Below, piece after piece: positions 20,175 to 29,746 of a stretch of DNA of 64,000 bases (positions within the stretch are counted from its first letter, which is position 1; each line of letters starts with the position of its first letter). A program made the position numbers and the translations under genes. Below the pieces are notes generated by a model, which searched no databases, was not told the origin of the DNA, and saw nothing but the letters and a program-made list of their open reading frames with translations. The stretch is from an uncultured Methanomassiliicoccales archaeon (GTDB lineage Archaea; Thermoplasmatota; Thermoplasmata; Methanomassiliicoccales; UBA472): assembly GCA_963695345.1 (NCBI GenBank), contig OY968769.1:192001-256000 (forward strand). Reading direction: 5' to 3'.

Positions 20175-20326
20175 GGACGGCAAAACGACCTCTCCCATGA
20201 TAAACGTGATGGGATGAATGTCCCTGGCGGTATCGAAGGATGTGTCCGGCCGAATCTGAGTAGTCCGCCCCCACGTAAAGTAGGAAATAAGTCGATGTTC
20301 CAGTGTTGCCGGCATCGATGAGGTAA

Positions 20327-20783
20327 TCAATGCCGATGTTCTGGTATTCGTATGACATCATCACAATGAAAAATCACCATATCAACGTCCATTGGTCTTC
20401 TTGTATTGCTATTTGTCACACCAGGTGGCGGGTCTCTTCCAGTATTCGTCCGGTAGGCATTCTGGACAGCATTCCCAAAAGACCACTTTAGGAAGAATGA
20501 TTTCTTCTCATCAACGAAGAGATAACTATCCCGAAAAACCTGGTTCCCTTGTTCCTTTGGAACTCTGATATTTATTGCCAGCATATGGAAATCTTCCCAG
20601 GGTATGTTTTCTGAATTTCTTCCAAAACGCTGGTGGAGCATCACTCCTGAAGATGTTATTTCCACTGATTTTGGTCGCCGTATCAATTCCACCTCGAGTC
20701 CAGAGTACCAAAGCACAAGAATTCCAATAGGTATGACGATAGCTACTGCGCGCCAGTAGAAACCATCTTCAATGGCAATTCAT
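20327..20783 (-). CDS. Hypothetical membrane-anchored protein (AT-rich, 5' end disrupted)
   Basis: Open frame with a TM segment (AVAIVIPIGILVLWY) followed by a IPWED-containing beta-rich domain; the ATG at 20783 is out of frame. Confidence 0.45.
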
Positions 20784-20918
20784 AGTAAGACGACTGCATG
20801 CATGTGATATACTAAATATCCAAAAGAGCAGATGCCGAAGGTTCATGGGTTATCCAGTAACTGGTTCTCCATTTTCACAACCTCCACCGATGAATCCGGA
20901 AAAGAACTAGAGGCGCCG

Positions 20919-21257
20919 TCACCACTTGATCTCGCGGTTGCACTTTGGACAGACGGCCGTTCCATGGGGGAACAGCTGGCCGCAATAGGGGCAGGCGTAG
21001 GTCGGGTTCTGGAGGATGGGCTGGGGCGGTCCGCCGCAGAAGGGTTTGCTCAGGAAGCCCACCATCATGACAACGAAACCGAGGATGGCGAAGACTATGA
21101 ACAGTGCGCCCAGATCGGAGTAACCGGTCACCGATTCCTGGAATGCGATACCGTATCGGTAGATCGTGTCCGTGTGCGTGACGGTGAAGGCCCAGACGGC
21201 AGCTCCAGTGAACACCGCGCCGAACAGCCCGCCAAGAATGGCCAATCCCTTTCGCAT
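20919..21257 (-). CDS. Two-TM membrane protein with C-terminal zinc ribbon
   Basis: Two hydrophobic helices; CPYCG..CPKC. Confidence 0.75.
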   Translation of the reverse strand: MRKGLAILGGLFGAVFTGAAVWAFTVTHTDTIYRYGIAFQESVTGYSDLGALFIVFAILGFVVMMVGFLSKPFCGGPPQPILQNPTYACPYCGQLFPHGTAVCPKCNREIKW

Positions 21258-21362
21258 CCCACGGTCATGAGGCTCCGGATTAATGAGACTATCCTCATGA
21301 TTTACGGGATGGGTCAATTGCGACTAGGTCGGTCCGTTGTATCGGACCATATTCCTCTCGGA

Positions 21363-21746
21363 TCAGGGGGATAGGGGTTGCAGCAATCCGATCGGGTTCC
21401 CTTCCGGGTCGGCTATCCAGGCGATGAAACCGACGTTCGGGACCTCGGTCTTCGGTGCCAGCACCCGGCCGCCGCTGTTGACGGCCTTCTCCAGGTAATC
21501 GTCCACCGACTCCACGCTGTAATAGTTGATGGGTACCTGGCTGCGTTCCGTCCTCTTGTACATCCCGCCGTTGACGCCGGGCTCTTTGAGCATGCCCTGT
21601 TCATCGGTCGGTACCGTGTGGACCATGACGTACTCCACCTGCCCACTCAGGTCGATCAACTTCCAGTCAAAGACCGCCCTATAGAATTCCATCATCCTCG
21701 GCAGGTCGTCCGCCGGGATCTCGAAATGCACTATGGTGTGGTTCAC
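21363..21746 (-). CDS. VOC/glyoxalase family protein
   Basis: IVHFEIPADD..FY..VFDW, GVNGGM, VESVD, DPEGNPIGL. Confidence 0.92.
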   Translation of the reverse strand: MNHTIVHFEIPADDLPRMMEFYRAVFDWKLIDLSGQVEYVMVHTVPTDEQGMLKEPGVNGGMYKRTERSQVPINYYSVESVDDYLEKAVNSGGRVLAPKTEVPNVGFIAWIADPEGNPIGLLQPLSP

Positions 21747-21780
21747 TGTTTCACCGCATGCACTTCTGACCTCCGGGGCC

Positions 21781-22554
21781 TTAATCTTTGCTTCCCCTTC
21801 TGGCACGAAGGCTGATCAGGGCGGCGGTGGCGCCGGCGGCGATCCCGTTGTCTATGTTCACCACGACCAGGCCGGGGGAGCAGGTCTGCAGCATCCCCAT
21901 CAGGGCCGCCTCGCCCTTGCCCCCGAAACCATATCCGACGGACGTGGGAACGCCAATGACCGGCACATCGGTGAGGCCGCAGATGACGGTCGGCAGCGCC
22001 CCTTCCATGCCGGCGCAAACGACCAGGACGTCCACGCCCTGCTCCAGCATGCGGGAGAGCGGGTCCAGCATCCGGTGCAGCGCGGCGACACCCACATCGT
22101 ATTCGGTGAAGACCTGGCAGCCCATGGCCTCGGCGACCGCCTTCGCCTCCTCGGCGACGGCTATGTCCGAGCTCCCGGCGGTAAGGATCCCCACCTTGCC
22201 CTTCATCACCGGGTCCTTCCGCTTGTCCACCACCACCATCCTGGAGGCTTGGATGTAACGCACCATGGATGGATCGACGACCCCACGGACAGCGTCGACG
22301 TGGGCCTGCGAGGCCCTGGAGACCAGAATCACGTCCCGGTCGGCCATGACCCTTTTCACGATGTCCGCCACCATGGCCGGCGTCTTCGTCTCACCAAAGA
22401 CTATCTCCGGAATGCCCCTGCGTGCTTCCCTGGCGTGATCGAAGCAGGTGTGTTCGCCGATGCGCTCAAGAAAATCGAGCTTGAGCAGCTGCTCTGCCCT
22501 TTCCTCGTCGATCTCCCCACGCCTCAGCTGTTCCAGGACATCGCGGATGCTCAT
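21781..22554 (-). CDS. larB: Nickel-pincer cofactor biosynthesis protein LarB (PurE-like)
   Basis: DH.R..R.GIPE..FGE.KT, AGSSDI.VAEEA, DVGVAALHR, AGMEGALP, VPTSVGYG, VVNIDNG. Confidence 0.93.
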   Translation of the reverse strand: MSIRDVLEQLRRGEIDEERAEQLLKLDFLERIGEHTCFDHAREARRGIPEIVFGETKTPAMVADIVKRVMADRDVILVSRASQAHVDAVRGVVDPSMVRYIQASRMVVVDKRKDPVMKGKVGILTAGSSDIAVAEEAKAVAEAMGCQVFTEYDVGVAALHRMLDPLSRMLEQGVDVLVVCAGMEGALPTVICGLTDVPVIGVPTSVGYGFGGKGEAALMGMLQTCSPGLVVVNIDNGIAAGATAALISLRARRGSKD

Positions 22555-22635
22555 GTTTTTCCCGATGCGCTCCTTGCTTATATCCCCTTTTCCCCGGCGT
22601 TAGGTTTGAATACCAATTTCACCCCATCACTGCAC

Positions 22636-23448
22636 ATGACCCCGGAAGAGAAACTGTCAAGACTGCGCGATCAGCTAAGATCCTATGGGCCCTTGGCGGT
22701 GGCCTTTTCCGGCGGAGCTGACAGCACCCTTCTGCTAAAGGTGGCGCTGGATACCCTGGGCCAGGACAAGGTCGTCGCCTTGATCGGGGTCTCGGATACG
22801 TTCCCCAGGAGCGAACGGGAAAGGGCGGTCGAACTGGCGGAGCGTCTCGGTGCCAGGCACATCGAGGTCATGACCAAGGAGATCGACACCAGCGCTTTCG
22901 CGGAGAACACTGCGGAACGGTGCTACCACTGCAAGAAGGAGCTGCTCACGAAGTTCCTGTCGATCGCCAAGGAGGAGGGCTTCCTGGCGGTGGCCGACGG
23001 CAACAATGCGGACGACCTGAGAAGCTCGAGGGCCGGACTGCGCGCGGTCCGGGAGCTGGGAACGCACAGCCCCCTGGCCGATGTTGGGCTGACCAAGGAA
23101 GAGGTGCGCCACCTCTCGAAGGCGCTCGGACTGCCGACGGCCGTCAAACCGTCAAGCGCCTGCCTGGCCTCAAGGATCCCCTTCGGGACCAAGATCACCA
23201 GGGAAAAGCTGATCCAGATCGAGACGGCGGAGGAGTTCCTCCGCGGGTTGGGGATCGGCCAGCTTCGGGTACGCCATCACGGGGATGTCGCCCGGATCGA
23301 GGTGACCCCGCAGGAGTTCTATCTCGTTCTGAACAACCGGGATTGGATCGTCAAGGAGTTCAAGATGCTCGGGTTCGTCTACGTGACCCTGGACATCCAA
23401 GGGTTCCGCTCCGGAAGCATGGAAGAACCGCTCATCAGGAGTGAATGA
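22636..23448 (+). CDS. larE: ATP-dependent sulfur transferase LarE (PP-loop)
   Basis: AVAFSGGADS PP-loop, RCYHCK, DGNNADD, PSSACLASRIP, RVRHHG, GFRSGSM. Confidence 0.92.
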   Translation: MTPEEKLSRLRDQLRSYGPLAVAFSGGADSTLLLKVALDTLGQDKVVALIGVSDTFPRSERERAVELAERLGARHIEVMTKEIDTSAFAENTAERCYHCKKELLTKFLSIAKEEGFLAVADGNNADDLRSSRAGLRAVRELGTHSPLADVGLTKEEVRHLSKALGLPTAVKPSSACLASRIPFGTKITREKLIQIETAEEFLRGLGIGQLRVRHHGDVARIEVTPQEFYLVLNNRDWIVKEFKMLGFVYVTLDIQGFRSGSMEEPLIRSE

Positions 23449-24202
23449 CCTTCTTCACGGCGGTCAGCATCACGAACCAGTGGTTGATGTGGGCCTCGCC
23501 GGATGCCATCCGGTAGCCGAACTTGCTCTTCATAGCCTCGCTGAGCCCTTCCATCTGGCGCACAATCTCGCGGGCGTCCGCTTCCTCCGCCGTTCCGGTC
23601 AGCCGGTTCAACGGCAGGCTGCGCATGTAGGTCCTCAGCTCCCTCAGTTCCAAACCGGAATCGGAAAGCATTACCTTCCATTCGCTGGGACGATACTCCC
23701 TCACATGGGAACGGTCATGCAGCACATCCAGCCTGTTCATGATGTGATCGACCTCGTCATCCTCGGGCACGCTCCGGTCATCAATGGCCATGATCCCTCC
23801 CGGCCTAAGTACCCGGGACATTTCGGACAAGGCACCTCGGATGTCTCGGAAATGATGCGGTGCCCTTCTGCTCAGGACCAGATCGAACGTGTCATCCGGG
23901 AAGGGAATGGCCATGACATCGGCCTGGCACAGGTCCAGGTTGGGCGCGCCGTTCCGACGGGACAGGTCGTCCGCCTCCGCCAGCATCTCCGACGTGATAT
24001 CTATCCCGACCACCCTCCGGACGAACGGGGAGAACGCCATAGCCGCATTGCCCGTCCCGGTGGCCACGTCCAACACCAGTGTGTCCGGGTTCGGGTTGGC
24101 CATGCAGACCATTCCAGAAAGGACCTGCTGGTCGGCGTGCTCTGGACTGTTCCGATACCATTTTGCGTTCCTTCCGAAGATCTTTCTCGCGTCCTCGACC
24201 AT
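23435..24202 (-). CDS. Class I SAM-dependent methyltransferase (UbiE-like)
   Basis: VLDVATGTG, PFPDDTFDLV, APHHF, RVLRPGG. Confidence 0.9.
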   Translation of the reverse strand: MVEDARKIFGRNAKWYRNSPEHADQQVLSGMVCMANPNPDTLVLDVATGTGNAAMAFSPFVRRVVGIDITSEMLAEADDLSRRNGAPNLDLCQADVMAIPFPDDTFDLVLSRRAPHHFRDIRGALSEMSRVLRPGGIMAIDDRSVPEDDEVDHIMNRLDVLHDRSHVREYRPSEWKVMLSDSGLELRELRTYMRSLPLNRLTGTAEEADAREIVRQMEGLSEAMKSKFGYRMASGEAHINHWFVMLTAVKKVIHS

Positions 24203-24526
24203 GGCTTCCCAGCATACCTAGCACGCTCCCTTGATTAGTATAGTTCGCTCATTCTTTCAAGAAACTGAGAATGGAAAGTTGCTCAGGAAGTCCGATCGTG
24301 TGGCTGAAATTGAGTTCCTCCTGGAGATGGTTTACATCCCTGCTCAATAAGAAGTTGTGTCGTCCCTCCCTCGTTTATTGAGCGTTTCCTCGACCCGGCT
24401 CCCTTCTGGATATGCAACCCTTTTTTGGCCAGGCGGGGAACGAAATACCATCTGGACAGTTTCTTGCTGTCAACAATTGACATTTGGATAAAATAGTGTA
24501 TAAATTGACACGTACTCATCAATTTC

Positions 24527-24814
24527 ATGGCATCTGCGAGCTACGATTCCGCTATCCGCTCACTATCGGTAGAAATCAATCAGAGTGTCGTCTTCAAGAC
24601 CCTGTTCAGCGCCGGGCTTTCACCCCAAGAGGCCGAGGTCTGGATCGGACGAGAGCTCATCGGTGCCACCAGCAATCAATTGTCAAGCAGGCTCCAGATC
24701 AGCGAAGCGGTCACGAACCAGGCATACAGGCGGGCAAGGACCAAGGCCATATATCTCGGGATCACGAAGGAATCGATGCTGGCGCTTTCGGAAGGATTCC
24801 GCATAATGATCTGA
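24527..24814 (+). CDS. Small HTH protein (sigma70 region-4 / LuxR-like)
   Basis: LSPQEAEVW..G.TSNQLSSRLQISEAVTNQAYRRARTK. Confidence 0.65.
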   Translation: MASASYDSAIRSLSVEINQSVVFKTLFSAGLSPQEAEVWIGRELIGATSNQLSSRLQISEAVTNQAYRRARTKAIYLGITKESMLALSEGFRIMI

Positions 24815-25015
24815 ACACAAAGACATGATGCCATGCCGCCTCCGTTCAGGTAAATGGACCGCGGCTTCGAACCTCTTAGCGGGATCTGTGCGGTCCCATC
24901 GTTCTCCCGGTCACTTTGGATCGACCATATGCTCGTTTGTCAGCCATTGTGGCAAGGTTATTGGCGGCGAGCCCCAAGGAAACCGTTGAATATCCGGCGA
25001 ATCGTATTCATCACC

Positions 25016-25585
25016 ATGAAGGTCTCGATCACTCTGCTTTCCTACGACCACGGCATTCTGCGTCAGGTACTGGATGTCTACAAGGACATCGTAGAGAAAG
25101 GATCGGTCGGGTTGCACAGGCAGATCGCCACCGAGGGGGCGGAGTTCCTGCTCATGTTCATGGACCACTTCCACCATGGCAAGGAGGAACGGTTCCTGTT
25201 CCCCGCCGCCATGTGCGCCGATCCAGAGCATACGAAGGACCTGCAGCAGCTTTTCGAGGACCACCGGACGGCGAGGATCTACGTCGAACGGATGTTGGAA
25301 TCGTTGCGGCCTGGAGGAGACGACCCGACGTTTTACGAATATGCCGGCAAACTGGTCGAGCACATGACCGCCCATATCCAGAAAGAAGAGGATACCGTCT
25401 TCCCAGGCATCGAGTCCACGATGGGCAACGAGGAGGACATGCGCGTCTACAAGTATTTTGAGGATTTCATAATGACCAACTTCAAGGAGGACCTCTATCC
25501 CTCATCGGAAGCGTTCGCGGCCAGGTTCCAGGATGAGGTGCTGGGGAAGAGTTTCTTTGAGTCCGGGAAGGTATCGGTCACATGA
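25016..25585 (+). CDS. Hemerythrin HHE-domain protein
   Basis: DH..L, HHGKEERFLFP, EDH, HIQKEEDTVFP. Confidence 0.9.
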   Translation: MKVSITLLSYDHGILRQVLDVYKDIVEKGSVGLHRQIATEGAEFLLMFMDHFHHGKEERFLFPAAMCADPEHTKDLQQLFEDHRTARIYVERMLESLRPGGDDPTFYEYAGKLVEHMTAHIQKEEDTVFPGIESTMGNEEDMRVYKYFEDFIMTNFKEDLYPSSEAFAARFQDEVLGKSFFESGKVSVT

Positions 25586-25586
25586 T

Positions 25587-26003
25587 TCAGGTCTTTGCCT
25601 TTTTGTATACGAATGCAAAGGCCAGGCATAAGCAGGCCAAGAGCAGATACAACATCTTTGGCCAATAGTCATCGGAGTCGATATGTAATCTCACCGGCGG
25701 CGAGAACACCCCCAATAGGATGAGCAGACCCGCCACCAGAAGGAAACCGATCGCTTTATAGTCCCTGGTCAGTGGGACATCGGATGTCTCGAGCCTTTCT
25801 GGCTCGGATTCTTCTTCGCCATCCTCTTCGAGTTCGATTCCTTCTTCGCCATCGACAAGGGAGTCCAGCGTTTGCGGAGATGGGGATTCGGGCTCGCTCT
25901 CATCACTGACCTTGGTTCCGCAAATATCGCAGAATAGAGACCTTTTCTTCAGGCCGTTCCCACAGTGATGGCAGGATTTGTGCATCATTCCCCCGGGGCT
26001 CAT
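25587..26003 (-). CDS. Zinc-ribbon protein with acidic linker and two C-terminal TM helices
   Basis: CHHCG..FCDICGT; E-rich linker; two hydrophobic helices. Confidence 0.7.
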   Translation of the reverse strand: MSPGGMMHKSCHHCGNGLKKRSLFCDICGTKVSDESEPESPSPQTLDSLVDGEEGIELEEDGEEESEPERLETSDVPLTRDYKAIGFLLVAGLLILLGVFSPPVRLHIDSDDYWPKMLYLLLACLCLAFAFVYKKAKT

Positions 26004-26244
26004 GGAAATCACACGCTTTAGTATTTCCTAGTCAAGTATCACGCTCAGCAGGAAGCTGAACATCGTTATTTCAGGATCCGTGCTCTGGTTGAAATTAATC
26101 GCAATGACAGTTGCCTTCCTATACCCGATCTGATCTGGGTCGGTTTTTCATTATCGAGCAGAGGAGGAAGGCAACACGAAGATTCGTGGCAAGTTGTCGG
26201 GAACAATCGAGATCTCGACGTGATCGAAGATGCTGTTGAAGAAA

Positions 26245-26356
26245 TGGCGCCGAGGAGGAGATTTGAACTCCCGAGGTGAAACACCAGTAGCTCTCTCGCG
26301 AACGCCGTTTGTCGGCGATTCGAGGCTACCGCCTTACCGGACTGGGCTACCTCGGC
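26245..26356 (-). tRNA. tRNA-Ser(CGA) with a 26-nt intron at position 37/38 (26293-26318) and encoded CCA
   Basis: Reverse complement: GCCGAGG acceptor stem pairing with CCTCGGC-G-CCA; anticodon stem GTAGC-CT-CGA-A-[intron]-A-GCTAC; long variable arm; GTTCAAATC T-loop; CTCG/CGAG bulge-helix-bulge pairing. Confidence 0.95.
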
Positions 26357-26447
26357 CTAATTATGCTGATGGCTTTCCTCTATTTTAGTTTTGGTGAGAC
26401 GGAAACGACCGCCAAACTGATTAGAGGGCATTGCATACCTCGATGCG

Positions 26448-26657
26448 ATGCCTGATATCTCTGTGACCGTGGAACACCGGGGAAGCGCCACCATCGTAGA
26501 ATTACCCGAGGGCTCGAAGGTATCGGACGTCCTGGAGAAGATGAAGCTGTTCGCCGACGCCCACATCGTCATCAGGGGCAAAACGCCGGTGCCTCTCAAT
26601 GCCGAGGTCCTCGATGGGGAGACGCTCAAGGTCCTGCGGGTGGCCTCAGGCGGTTAG
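26448..26657 (+). CDS. ThiS/MoaD-like ubiquitin-fold sulfur carrier (SAMP-like)
   Basis: 69 aa beta-grasp pattern ending in VASGG. Confidence 0.88.
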   Translation: MPDISVTVEHRGSATIVELPEGSKVSDVLEKMKLFADAHIVIRGKTPVPLNAEVLDGETLKVLRVASGG

Positions 26658-26663
26658 TCCCTC

Positions 26664-27509
26664 TCAGACGCCTTCATCCATTATCTTGCCAAGCAATGCC
26701 ATGTCCATTTGGGACAGCGCCTCGTCCACGAACCGGTCGAGGTTCGACATCCATACCTTCCTGATGTCATCCCCGGAACCGGAACATCCGGTGGACATCG
26801 ATAGACTGTCCTCCTCGGGGAACCGCATCCTCAGATACGGGAGGACGCCAAGGCAGGGGACCCCCATCTCCTTCTCCAACCGGTCGATGCCCTTGCCCAG
26901 GATCGAACCGTCACCCCGGAACCGGTTTATCACGAACCCTTTGACCAACCGTTTGTGCTCTTCCTGCAGTAGATGGTATGTTCCATATAACGCCGCGAAC
27001 ACCCCGCCCTTCTCGATGTCCCCGATGAGGATGACCGGGCTTCCAGTGATGCTGGCGGTGGTCATGTTGGCCACCTCATGCTTTCTCAGGTTGATCTCGG
27101 CGGGGGACCCGGAACCTTCCAGGATGATGTCGTCATGCGCTGCCGCAAGCCTGCCGAAACAATCATCGATCGCCTGAAGGAAAATCTCCCGGCCGACCCC
27201 CCTTTCCCGGTTCACGTCGACATACGGCCTTCCTTTGAGTATGACCTGAAGACCTCCCTCTCCCTTCGGTTTGAGCAGCACCGGGTTCATGTCCACGGAC
27301 GGCTCAATACCGCAGGCCCAGGCCTGGAACGCCTGGGAAATGCCGATCTCGCCGCCGTTGCCGGTGACGAACGAGTTCAGCGAGAGGTTGAGCGTCTTGT
27401 ATGGGGCGACATTGCGTCCCTGACGACGCAGGTAACGGCAGACCCCCGCGGTCAACAGGGTCTTTCCGACGCCGGAAGAGGTGCCCTGGAACATCACCTT
27501 GCGGGTCAT
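26664..27509 (-). CDS. CobQ/CbiP-like synthetase domain lacking the glutaminase domain
   Basis: MFQGTSSGVGKT, MNPVLLKP, EGSGSPAEINL, GDIEKGGVFA, INRFRGD, EEDSL, then a short tail; ATGA overlap with the upstream cobQ. Confidence 0.85.
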   Translation of the reverse strand: MTRKVMFQGTSSGVGKTLLTAGVCRYLRRQGRNVAPYKTLNLSLNSFVTGNGGEIGISQAFQAWACGIEPSVDMNPVLLKPKGEGGLQVILKGRPYVDVNRERGVGREIFLQAIDDCFGRLAAAHDDIILEGSGSPAEINLRKHEVANMTTASITGSPVILIGDIEKGGVFAALYGTYHLLQEEHKRLVKGFVINRFRGDGSILGKGIDRLEKEMGVPCLGVLPYLRMRFPEEDSLSMSTGCSGSGDDIRKVWMSNLDRFVDEALSQMDMALLGKIMDEGV

Positions 27510-29333
27510 TTCCTGACCTCCAGGCCGAGCATATTGAACACTTTGTCCATGTCCAAGGAATCCTGCAAGGCCGAAGCAATCCGCTCGATGCTTTCTTCGA
27601 CGGACGCGTCATACTCCTTGACGGCCGGCATGCCGTTCATCCCTGACCGGTCGTGACATGCCTTTGACAGAAAGAACCTGCGGAATGCCGGCAGGTCGAA
27701 CGATCCGTGAAGGTATGAACCCATGACCATGCCGTCGACCGACACCGCCCCGTCCGTGTGCTTGCCGGCGAGGTCCTCGATGTCGAACAGAGGCAACGAA
27801 CCGACCCGCTCGGTCATCCCCATATGGATCTCATAGCCGCGCACCGGACCGAGGGCCTCCTGCCCGATGATCTGTCCGGTCACCTGGACGGTCCTCTTGT
27901 CATAGGAGTCGAAATTGGTCACCACGTCAAGCAGGCCCAGTCCTTCGGTCGTCCCGGCCATCTTGCCCTCCAGACCCTGCTCGTCCCTGAGCTCGGCCCC
28001 CAGCATCTGGTAGCCGCCGCACACCCCGAGGATGGGGACCTTGCCCCGCACGGAACGGATCGCCTCATCGAAACCCTTCTCCCTCAGCCAGGCAAGGTCG
28101 TCGATGGTGTTCTTGGTCCCTGGGATGATAAGCGCCCCGCATTCATGGACCTCTGAAGCGTTCGTCGAGGAAACGCACTGAGACCCCGGTCTCCAGCGAC
28201 AGTGCATCGAAATCGGTGAAATTTGAGATTCGTGGCAGACGTACCACCCCGACGATGAGGGTTCCATCCTTTCTCCGTTCTCCCAGGAACATCGAGTCCT
28301 CGTCGGGAAGGTCCAGATCGATATGCGGTACGACCCCGAGGACCGGCACCCCGGTCAGCCTTTCGATCTCCTCGAATCCCTCCTGGAGCGATTCCGCCGA
28401 ACCGTGCATGTTGGTCACGATTATTCCGCCGAACATCTTCCGGTGCGCCTCGGGCAGCAGCATCAGTGTCCCGTACATGTAGGCGAACGCCCCACCCCAT
28501 TCGATGTTGACGACAAGGATGCAGCTGGCATCGGCTATCTCCGCCGTGCGCATGTTGACGATGTCGTGCTCGGACATGTTGATCTCGGCCGGGCTGCCCG
28601 CCCCCTCGATCACGATGAAGTCGGATATCCTCGATAGGAGCTCGATATTGCGGCGGACGATCTCCACACCCTCGGTGTCGGTGAACTCCCCGTAGTACTG
28701 CTTCACGTCCATGTCCCGGTAGGGGCGGCCTTCGACGATTACTTGGGATATCGCGTCTCCCTTGGGCTTCAGCAGGATCGGGTTCATGTGGCAGTTGGGC
28801 CGGACCCGGGCGCCCCGGGCCTGTAGCTCCTGGGCCCTGGCGATCTCCTCGCCGTCGTCGGTGACCACGGAATTGAGGGACATGTTCTGGGCCTTGAACG
28901 GGACCACCGAATAGCCCATGTTGGAGAAGATGCGGCAGAACGCGGTGCACATGAGCGATTTGCCGGCGCCGGACGTTGCACCCATGACCATGAGGCGTTT
29001 CGCCTTCTTGAAATGGCGACCCTCTAACTTTGTCTTGATCTCCTTGAGGTCCTGCTGCGATACTTCCTCGAATTTCCTTCCACCCATCTCTCGCAAGAAA
29101 TCGACAACGACCTCGTGACGGTGCATCCAATAGCATTCCTGACAGCTCCAGACCGGACCCTTCTTGCCTTCGACCATTTCTCCCAGGTCGGGGTCCATGC
29201 AAGGATAGAAAGGACAGAAGCAGAAGGAGCAGTTCTGCCCTTTGAAATGGCAGTGATACCATTCGCATGAGAGGTTGGTGCCGATGTCGCCGGCGGCAAG
29301 TTCCTCCGCGATCTTTTCCACGAAGTTTCTCAT
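27506..29333 (-). CDS. cobQ: Cobyric acid synthase with N-terminal Cys-rich small domain (frameshift near 28155)
   Basis: CEWYHCH..NCSFCFCPFYPC..WSCQEC; GATSGAGKS, PFKAQNMS, EGAGSPAEIN, PRISNFTDFD, PGTKNT, GVCGGYQMLG, GYEIHMG, GSYLHG. Confidence 0.9.
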
Positions 29334-29364
29334 TTCAGACCTCCGATCCCCTTCGTCCCTATAA

Positions 29365-29383
29365 GTTGGATGAACCATCCAAC
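29365..29383. promoter_or_regulatory. Perfect 8-3-8 inverted repeat GTTGGATG-AAC-CATCCAAC upstream of cobQ (candidate operator)
   Basis: Palindrome abuts a TTATAG TATA-like box on the minus strand about 25-30 bp upstream of the cobQ ATG. Confidence 0.5.
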
Positions 29384-29526
29384 ATAATGGCGAATTCAGT
29401 ATGCGTTGACCATTATTAAAGTATCTCTGGAATCCGGGGAACGATGAATGTCGAGAATGCTGGAACATGAGTATTTACGAATGTTCGTTGATTTGTCCGA
29501 GTCCGCGTAAACGGTGTTTCAACGGG

Positions 29527-29540
29527 CGAAACTTATATAA
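29527..29540 (+). promoter_or_regulatory. BRE/TATA promoter candidate for dnaG (CGAAAC-TTATATAA)
   Basis: Close match to the archaeal BRE-TATA consensus, about 205 bp upstream of the dnaG ATG. Confidence 0.5.
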
Positions 29541-29746
29541 GTGCCGTTGCATACTTCAGGGTCCGGAAAAGCACTACGCTTTCCGATATCACATCTTCAC
29601 TATCATAACCCATTCACCCCCGTCTAAGCGGGACTCCCCAAAGAATGGCATGCCTGCGGGAGCGCTAAAGCAAGGCTTCCGTGGAGGATATTGCGGCTGG
29701 TATTAGAGAGTGTAGCGGATTTTCCAGGAAAAGAGGTGAATTAATC

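Noticed and set aside
21733-22635. 571-aa LarE with a long N-terminal extension
   Set aside because: The extension is the antisense shadow of larB; LarE similarity starts at ATG 22636
26245-26290. tRNA-Ser 3' end as the integration site for the accessory island
   Set aside because: No second copy of the tRNA 3' sequence and no integrase were seen in the window
29334-29530. Cobalamin riboswitch upstream of cobQ
   Set aside because: No recognisable B12-box or conserved core could be found by eye
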